DNA of 32,000 nucleotides. Origin: Candidatus Heimdallarchaeota archaeon. GTDB taxonomy: Archaea > Asgardarchaeota > Heimdallarchaeia > JABLTI01. The number at the start of each line of letters is the position of its first letter. The stretch's first letter is position 1. The DNA is taken from contig JAUWKS010000002.1 in assembly GCA_030614005.1 (NCBI GenBank), forward strand, positions 30,001 through 62,000. The letters run 5' to 3'. Positions 25,492-32,000 of the stretch are shown here, piece after piece. Position numbers and translations under genes: made by a program. The notes beneath the pieces were generated by a model, which saw only the letters and a program-made list of their open reading frames with translations, had not been told where the DNA came from and made no database searches.

Positions 25492-26763
25492 TTATTTTAC
25501 TAAATCATCTATTCTACCAAATAGTAATGGAACAACCAATTCATTTCTACTTAATGAACCATGAGTTGCATTCAAACCTAAATTGAATACAGGATCATAA
25601 TAACCTGAATGACCAAAGAATATTGAAGCATTTTTACCCAACACTACCTGAACATCACCAAGACGGTCTATTACTTTTGAAGAATCAGCACCTTTGCCCA
25701 TCAATTCGGGATACTGTTCAGGAGTAAGAATAACACCATTATCACCAATTTTCTCTTTAAACCATTGAACAACCTCTTCGTGTTTTCCTGGACGAGAAAA
25801 TAAATGGGTTACCCGTCCGCTTTTTCCTCTGGCTTCGAGTAAATTTTTCAAATAGTCCTCTTCTTCGGTAGTAACCTCAATTCTCTTTTCGGGAGTTAAA
25901 TTTTCTTGACCATGGTCAGCTGTAATGAATATTACTGTTTCTGAAGCAATTTTCGAATCTATCCTCTTTAAGTATTTAAACAATAGATCTTCAATACTTC
26001 TAATTTCATCTTCTAATGTTTGACTCTCAGTAGTATATCGATGAGAAATACTATCAATGGAACCAATATACATTTTTAGAAGCAGTGGATGATCTGTCGG
26101 TGTTTCCAAAATCCTTTGGGCAGCAGCAAAACAATCAACATGGCTAGAATAACCTATAGAATGAGGATGATTGTGCAATAAATGAGATAAACCAGAATTT
26201 GCTATGTGATTTTCTAACAAGTCTATGCATACAATTGGGCTATCTTCATTTAGGAGAAAATCTTCCCAAAGAAAATGTTTAACCTTTACCCCAGCAGTTG
26301 TTAAATCACCAAAACGAGTGTCTTTTGTTCTTAAAGTTAAAGTATCAACAATATTACCAATTTCACTAAATCGTATTTTTTGACCAACGATACCATGTTT
26401 AATTGGCATTGAACCTTGATGAATTGTAACCATACAGGAACTGGTGATTGTTGGAAAAGTGGAACAAATAGCCACACCATTTCTTCTAAAGCGATTCTTA
26501 AGTAATAATGAATAACGCTTAAATTGTTCATAGCCCATAGCATCTAGAACAAGAACGATAACCTTTGTAATTTTCGATTTCTTAATGATTTTCCAGCCTT
26601 CTTTTTGTTCCAAATAGTTATTCAATAATCTACTCTTTGCAAAATCCATTCCTAAAAGCGATAACGCGGTAGGTACGACTTTGGAAATGTTCAAATCTAA
26701 ATCTGGAAAATAGAGATCATCTCTATCTGGCAATGGTTTTAAAGGGAAAGGTGTTTCATCCAA
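25492..26763 (-). CDS. Alkaline-phosphatase superfamily, nucleotide pyrophosphatase/phosphodiesterase type
   Basis: VLDAMG, STFPTIT (Thr nucleophile), GSIDSISH, ITADHG, HGSLSRNELVVP. Confidence 0.88.
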   Translation of the reverse strand: MDETPFPLKPLPDRDDLYFPDLDLNISKVVPTALSLLGMDFAKSRLLNNYLEQKEGWKIIKKSKITKVIVLVLDAMGYEQFKRYSLLLKNRFRRNGVAICSTFPTITSSCMVTIHQGSMPIKHGIVGQKIRFSEIGNIVDTLTLRTKDTRFGDLTTAGVKVKHFLWEDFLLNEDSPIVCIDLLENHIANSGLSHLLHNHPHSIGYSSHVDCFAAAQRILETPTDHPLLLKMYIGSIDSISHRYTTESQTLEDEIRSIEDLLFKYLKRIDSKIASETVIFITADHGQENLTPEKRIEVTTEEEDYLKNLLEARGKSGRVTHLFSRPGKHEEVVQWFKEKIGDNGVILTPEQYPELMGKGADSSKVIDRLGDVQVVLGKNASIFFGHSGYYDPVFNLGLNATHGSLSRNELVVPLLFGRIDDLVK

Positions 26764-26904
26764 CTATTACACTCTCTTTTTCTATCAGAACTTTACACAT
26801 AGTAAAAGACTGGTTCTATCACTACAATGATGGTAAATCTATTAATGTTTGTGGAGTATTTTGTAAAAAAGGTTTAATACATTACTGAGAACAGTATATT
26901 CGTA

Positions 26905-29004
26905 ATGTTCCAAAAAATATTAACAGAAATTTCAAAAGAATTTTCAGGGCAAAATGCTAAAGAGATTATTGGCGGAATAGCAAATTTTCATCGCATACAA
27001 TCTTCTCCCGGTTTTCGAGATGCAGCTGAATTTTGTCTTGGAAAATTGGAAGAATATACAATTCCGTTTGTTAAAATACATAAATACCCTGCAAAAGGTA
27101 ATAACAAATTTTGGGGATGTCCGGTACCAAAAGAATGGAGTATAAAATCAGCTTCACTTGAGCTTGTAGAACCAACAAATAAAGCAAAGATTCTGTGCCG
27201 TTTCTTTGAAAATCCTTGTTCAGTTATTCAACGCTCAAAAGCAACAAATAAGGAGGGGATTACTGCAGAAGTAATAATACTCCCTAAAGGATTATCCGAA
27301 GATGAAATGAAAAAATATGAGCTAAAAGATAAATTCATTCTAACTGATGATACAGATTTGAAAAAAATGCGTTTACTTGCTGTAAATAAACTTGGAGCAG
27401 CAGGAATCATTTACGATTTAGTGAGTGAGTTACCACCAGTAAGAACAAGAGCTAATTTTCCAACAGCACGTAGATACACATCATTCTGGTATGGAACAAA
27501 GGGAGATGAAGGAGATGCCTTTGGTTTTGTCCTCTCAGCAGAACAAGGTGATCAGCTTAGAAAGCTAATCAAGAACGTTGAAAAAGAAGCAAAGAAAGAA
27601 GGAAAAAAACAGAAACAAGTGAAATTGCATGCAAAGATAGATGCAAGTTTTTATGATGGGGAAATGGAAATAGTTGATTTCACAATACCAGGTAAAATAA
27701 AGGATCAAGAAATTATCGCTGTAGCCCATCTTTGTCATCCAAAACCAGGTGCAGTAGATAATGCCTCTGGTTGCGGAACAATCATTGAGGTTGCTAGAAC
27801 ACTAAATTCCCTTATCGAAAGTGGTAAATTAGAAAAACCAAAAAGAAGCATTAGATTTTTGTTAATGGCTGAATTTACAGGTACCTTCTGCTATTTAGCA
27901 AGCAATGAAAAGAAGATAAAGAATTTTGTTGCTGGTCTGAATATTGACATGGTTGGCGCAGACCAATCTATCGGTGGCGGACGTACGTTAGTTATGGAAC
28001 GGACACATGATGCTTATCCTTCTTATGTTAATGAGGTCCTTAGTGCTATTTTACATGAAAGGAGTAAAGAAGTAACAAACTTCACTGAGACGGGTTCCAT
28101 TGCTACTTTCAAATTTGCGAACGATCAACCATTCTCTGGTGGATCAGACCACGCTATACTTGGTTTTCCAGATATTGGAATTGGAACTCCCATGTTAATA
28201 CAATGGCCAGATAGATATTATCACACCGGAGAGGATACACTTGATAAAGTTTCAACTGAAATGCTGGATATTGTAGGTTCTATTGTTGGAACTTACTGTT
28301 ATTTTATTGCCAATGCTGGATATCCAGAGCTCCTCTGGATTGTTCAAGAAGTTGGCAGTAAAGGTAGAGAACGACTAATAAAATTCAGCAGAGAATATAC
28401 CAGTAACTTGATGGAAAAATTACAAAAAGAGGAAAATCAAGAAAAAAGAGAAAATCTACTTTATGACTTTTTGACTAAAATTGAAGGTATGTTAAATTTT
28501 AGAAGAGATAGAGAAATTTTCGCATTAAAGTCAATCTCCAAGCTTCTTTCTGAGAAAGATGACAAAGAGGATTTCATATCTTTAATCCGAAGTGAAGAGA
28601 AGCTCATCAACAAAATAGCAGAGGAAGAACTTGCTCAAGTAAAAGAGATAATAAGTAAACTTGGAATTAGTCTAAAGATTATACCCAAAAAACCTGGTGC
28701 AAAAGAAGATTCATTGGATACTAAAGAAGAAATGCTTACACCAATAAAGAAACATAGAGGACCAATAACAAGCGTAAATCGTTTAGACATAAGCTATGAA
28801 CAACAATTGGAATATGAGAAAATAACTAAAGAGCACAAAGAAATGATGCAAACAGTAAAGACAGCTATTTTTTGGATAGATGGAAAAAGAACGATAGCAG
28901 AAATAGCAGAGAAAGTAAAGCAACAACGTGGGGAAGTAAGCATTCCATTATTAGTAAAAATCATGAAACAATATGAAAAAGAAGGAATAATTAAATTGAT
29001 ATAA
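26905..29004 (+). CDS. DUF4910 / M28-like Zn aminopeptidase with a PA-like insert and C-terminal winged helix
   Basis: HRIQSSPGF, AHLCHPKPGAVDNASG, LNIDMVG, GGSDH, YYHTGEDT; C-terminal FWIDGKRTIAEIA. Confidence 0.88.
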   Translation: MFQKILTEISKEFSGQNAKEIIGGIANFHRIQSSPGFRDAAEFCLGKLEEYTIPFVKIHKYPAKGNNKFWGCPVPKEWSIKSASLELVEPTNKAKILCRFFENPCSVIQRSKATNKEGITAEVIILPKGLSEDEMKKYELKDKFILTDDTDLKKMRLLAVNKLGAAGIIYDLVSELPPVRTRANFPTARRYTSFWYGTKGDEGDAFGFVLSAEQGDQLRKLIKNVEKEAKKEGKKQKQVKLHAKIDASFYDGEMEIVDFTIPGKIKDQEIIAVAHLCHPKPGAVDNASGCGTIIEVARTLNSLIESGKLEKPKRSIRFLLMAEFTGTFCYLASNEKKIKNFVAGLNIDMVGADQSIGGGRTLVMERTHDAYPSYVNEVLSAILHERSKEVTNFTETGSIATFKFANDQPFSGGSDHAILGFPDIGIGTPMLIQWPDRYYHTGEDTLDKVSTEMLDIVGSIVGTYCYFIANAGYPELLWIVQEVGSKGRERLIKFSREYTSNLMEKLQKEENQEKRENLLYDFLTKIEGMLNFRRDREIFALKSISKLLSEKDDKEDFISLIRSEEKLINKIAEEELAQVKEIISKLGISLKIIPKKPGAKEDSLDTKEEMLTPIKKHRGPITSVNRLDISYEQQLEYEKITKEHKEMMQTVKTAIFWIDGKRTIAEIAEKVKQQRGEVSIPLLVKIMKQYEKEGIIKLI

Positions 29005-29080
29005 TAATGGATTAATTCAGAAAGAAAAGCTCGTGAAATTCCGTAGAAATTTTTCAACATAGTAGTGGTGTCTTCTACTT

Positions 29081-30031
29081 TTATTTCCTCAATAATTCAT
29101 TTCCAATACATGGTCTCAAATCCTCTCTTTCATTCCATAATTTCCATAACGCGTCATCTCCAATTTCAATAGTTTTTTTCACAAATTCAGTTCTCTCAGC
29201 ACAGTCATCCAAATCTATAGTTTTCATACACTCTTTGCATTTTTCAAGATGGGAGGATAAAACATCTTCAGTTAGAAAATCTTCTTTTGTGGATTCACTG
29301 CTTTTTTTTTCTTCCTCAAGACTTATCTTGGTAATCTCATCCAAAATCACCTTTGCTGAAAATTGTTGTAATTCGACTTCTTTCTCCCAAACTTTGGGGA
29401 TGTTTTCAATCCATTGAGTATTTTCCTCTTCTGTAATTCCTAACAGATTTTTAGCAATACTTCTTCTGTCAACGATTTCTTCAGGTGTTAAATTACCATA
29501 CTCTATTGTTGCAGCTACTTTCTCAAAAAATTCTTTCGTCTCGTCTATCTTCTCATTATCGGGTAGAGGATAATGAGTCTTTGTCTCTTGAGGTATTTGT
29601 TTATCCGGGTCTTCTTCCTTTTCCTCTTGTAGCAGATTGAATCCTCTTAGCTTTTCATCTTCGAGAGTCTTTTTATCAACTTGGAAAATCTCTCCTTTAT
29701 ACTTTGGTGGAATTTCTTTAAAGGAGATCAATCCCTCATACTCGTCTTTCTCTTTATTGGGAATTACTTCTCCAGCATGATCTGATAATTGTAACTTTGA
29801 CGTTAATTGAAGTCCATTAAAAGCAGTTTCATTCTCGAATATGCTATCATTCAATCCAACAAAAAATTGATTTTTTACTTCTCCACCAGAAATTTCTGTA
29901 ATATAACTAATTCTTTAAAAATTACTTGAACAATATTGTAGAATTGATAGATTATCCTTTACAAGTTTAGGTATCTTAACAATCTTCTTAGTATCAATAA
30001 TATCTTTTGATGGTCTACTAAATATTGTCAT
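29081..30031 (-). pseudogene. Acidic hypothetical protein interrupted by an in-frame TAA at 29915-29917 (the ORF track shows only 29081-29854)
   Basis: ATG 30031 with a CAGGT RBS-like site is in frame with the 257-aa ORF. The only interruption is codon 39 (…YCSSNF*RISYITEISGG…). Confidence 0.55.
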
Positions 30032-30119
30032 TACTAAAACCTGTTTAAGTTCTCTGATAGTACAAAAGTTATTTCTACTCGAGAGTTAAAAACACCACAA
30101 AAAAAAGAGAGGAGAAGTC

Positions 30120-30503
30120 TTATTGTAATATAAATATAGAAATAAAACTTCCTAAGAAAAATATGTTAAATGCTAACAAAAAACTATTTGAAATTAAACC
30201 AAATTTTGCTATTTTTCTTTTTCCTTTTTTTATGCTAAGAGCACCTGTTACTATACCAATTATATTACATATATTAAAAGTAATAAATATAGCAAGGATG
30301 CTATAGGTTCCAATATATTCCCAGATATAGAACATTATTAGTATTAGTAACCACCATACTGTGATAAGGAAAAATAGACCCAAAGAAAATGAAACATAGG
30401 ATAATGTAGCAAATAATCTTTTTTCATTTGAATTAGTGCTAACTTCATTTAAACTTCCATTTTCTTGAGGAGATGTTTCCCCACTAATTTTATTTTCATT
30501 CAT
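30120..30503 (-). CDS. Small membrane protein (about 3 TM)
   Basis: Polar N-terminus then hydrophobic helices; GGAG upstream; ATG at 30503. Confidence 0.7.
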   Translation of the reverse strand: MNENKISGETSPQENGSLNEVSTNSNEKRLFATLSYVSFSLGLFFLITVWWLLILIMFYIWEYIGTYSILAIFITFNICNIIGIVTGALSIKKGKRKIAKFGLISNSFLLAFNIFFLGSFISIFILQ

Positions 30504-30540
30504 CAAATTTCCTTACTCCTTTACATCTAAGTATAATTTT

Positions 30541-30759
30541 TCATACATAAAACCTTTTAGCGCCCCAAAATGTTGTAGTATACATTTCATCACTATAAAG
30601 TTCATTGAAATTGTCTTTAATATCTATGCCAAGTGAGGTAATATGTTTTGCGTAGAGTAACTGTGCATTATAGAAAAACAAGTACCCTTCACTGTCATCA
30701 CAAGTAGAGTGTTTGAATTGCCAATAAACATCATAATAATAAATAGCAGTGCATGCCAT
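30541..30759 (-). CDS. 72-aa Tyr/Asp-rich ORF, either a small protein or the 3' remnant of a larger gene
   Basis: MACTAIYYYDVYWQFKHST...FWGAKRFYV; coding-like composition that ends where the antisense DUF4910-like fragment begins. Confidence 0.4.
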   Translation of the reverse strand: MACTAIYYYDVYWQFKHSTCDDSEGYLFFYNAQLLYAKHITSLGIDIKDNFNELYSDEMYTTTFWGAKRFYV

Positions 30760-30912
30760 TTGTCTACCTTCTGGATCGATGGGAAAAGAACAATAGGGGA
30801 AATAGCTGAGCAGGTAAATTGTGATATTGGAAAAACGAGTGTTCAGTATCTCTACAAAATACTCAAATTTTATGAAAAACACGGAGTAGTAGAATTAGAG
30901 GCATTGGATTAA
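30760..30912 (+). pseudogene. C-terminal winged-helix fragment of a second DUF4910-type peptidase
   Basis: FWIDGKRTIGEIAEQV...KILKFYEKHGVVEL is 25/44 identical to the C-terminus of 26905-29004. Upstream sequence in this frame is unrelated and closes at TAA 30658-30660. Confidence 0.7.
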
Positions 30913-30975
30913 AGAAAGAAAAAATATTTTATCACCCCTAACAGGAGTAATAAAATCAAATGTGTTTAAATTGAA

Positions 30976-31941
30976 TTAGGTTACTTTTACACCACAGTCA
31001 GGGCAAAAAGTGATATCATCATCAATTTCTGCACCGCAACCAGGACAAGTATTTGTTCCATCATCTTCTATGGGACTCTCATCTGTTTGAGAGATACTTC
31101 CATCCATTGGTGGTGCATATCGTTTTCCTTTTGGTACTTCGATTTTCTTAGAAACTGCATCCAAACGAACATTTTTCGTGTCCTTTTCTTTGTAAATCAT
31201 TTCAGCCCAGTAAACCGGATAAAAGTATATTTTCTTATCAGTTAGAGCTAATTTTTCAAAGAGAACTCTTTGTGCATGCTCTGGTCTAGTAGCATATTCT
31301 TCTATTAATTCTGCAATGAGTTTATCCATATCAATATAATCTTTTGGTACAATAGCTCCTTCAGCATCTAAGAATGGTAAACCCATATCAGAGAAATCAG
31401 CTTCTTCTAAATTTTCAGGATTAATTGAAATGCCAGCATAATTCCTTGCTTCCATGATCTCACTTTCAGAGAGGACATGTTCAATTCCTTTTATTTGAAG
31501 CTCTGGTTTTGAGGTTGGTTTCTTTTTCCCACTGCTGAAAAGCCCATCAAAGAAACCTTTCTTCTTTTCTGTTTTAATCTCAACTTCGGTCTCTTCTTCT
31601 TCCTTTTTTTCGACAACAAGTTCCTCACCTAAAATAAAGGTTGAAACTGCGTCGTCCAATAAATCGATGTCATATGTTCTTTCAGTTAGATAACGAATTT
31701 CATATCGTCCACCTACAACTAAATATGGTTCAAGTCCCTTGGTTATTTTTTTAACAACTACTTCATTGTTTTTTGGGCGCTTGAAGATACCTTTGAAAAC
31801 ATCTAACTTTTCTTTATTGAATAAAGAGTCAGCTTCCGCATCAGATATTTTAGATTTTGCTAGAAGAATCTTTGTGTCAACAAATTCATCAATCCGTTCA
31901 ACACTGGGATCTTCTAATCGATAATCGTATTCTTCACTCAT
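30976..31941 (-). CDS. Acidic protein with a C-terminal double Zn-ribbon
   Basis: C-terminal CPGCGAEIDDDITFCPDCG; GGTGT RBS-like site upstream. Confidence 0.82.
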   Translation of the reverse strand: MSEEYDYRLEDPSVERIDEFVDTKILLAKSKISDAEADSLFNKEKLDVFKGIFKRPKNNEVVVKKITKGLEPYLVVGGRYEIRYLTERTYDIDLLDDAVSTFILGEELVVEKKEEEETEVEIKTEKKKGFFDGLFSSGKKKPTSKPELQIKGIEHVLSESEIMEARNYAGISINPENLEEADFSDMGLPFLDAEGAIVPKDYIDMDKLIAELIEEYATRPEHAQRVLFEKLALTDKKIYFYPVYWAEMIYKEKDTKNVRLDAVSKKIEVPKGKRYAPPMDGSISQTDESPIEDDGTNTCPGCGAEIDDDITFCPDCGVKVT

Positions 31942-32000
31942 AATAATACACCTAAACGTTAGTATTGGTTTTCTTTTAGTAGAACTCTTTGAAAAAGATA

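Noticed and set aside
30760-30882. N-terminal part of the 113-aa minus ORF 30541-30882
   Set aside because: It is the antisense shadow of the DUF4910-like fragment on +.
1-32000. CRISPR arrays, IS elements, tandem repeats, rRNA
   Set aside because: No regularly spaced direct repeats, transposase/integrase motifs, terminal inverted repeats or extended GC-rich RNA-like tracts were seen on reading both strands.

Overview
AT-rich archaeal chromosome segment, most consistent with an Asgard archaeon, probably Heimdallarchaeia-like. This placement is inferred from Alba, NOB1, Sec61beta, archaeal uL1, a BHB-intron tRNA, GGTGA ribosome-binding sites, BRE-TATA promoters and a stand-alone Roadblock/LC7 protein. 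Bases 1-11000 are mostly housekeeping: rpl1, nob1, NAD kinase, tRNA-Pro(CGG) with a 31-nt intron, a TPR protein, a nucleotidyltransferase, Roadblock, smc-scpA and sec61beta. The smc gene has its Walker A region 108 codons upstream of the first ATG/GTG/TTG and apparently starts at CTG. Bases 11200-18500 hold a membrane-associated MoxR AAA+/DUF58 system whose two halves converge, followed by DUF4139. Bases 18576-20573 hold a DUF4430 / surface protein / ECF S-component uptake operon, preceded by a perfect 11-3-11 palindrome whose core matches the DtxR-family operator. After that come an orphan oppD-like ATPase, ferredoxin, parvulin, hypE, a CBS protein, Alba, an NPP-type phosphodiesterase and a DUF4910 peptidase. 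The last 3 kb look decayed or rearranged, with an ORF broken by an in-frame TAA and a back-to-back junction of gene fragments. I saw no CRISPR array, transposase or integrase. All family calls come from motif recognition by eye, with no database search.
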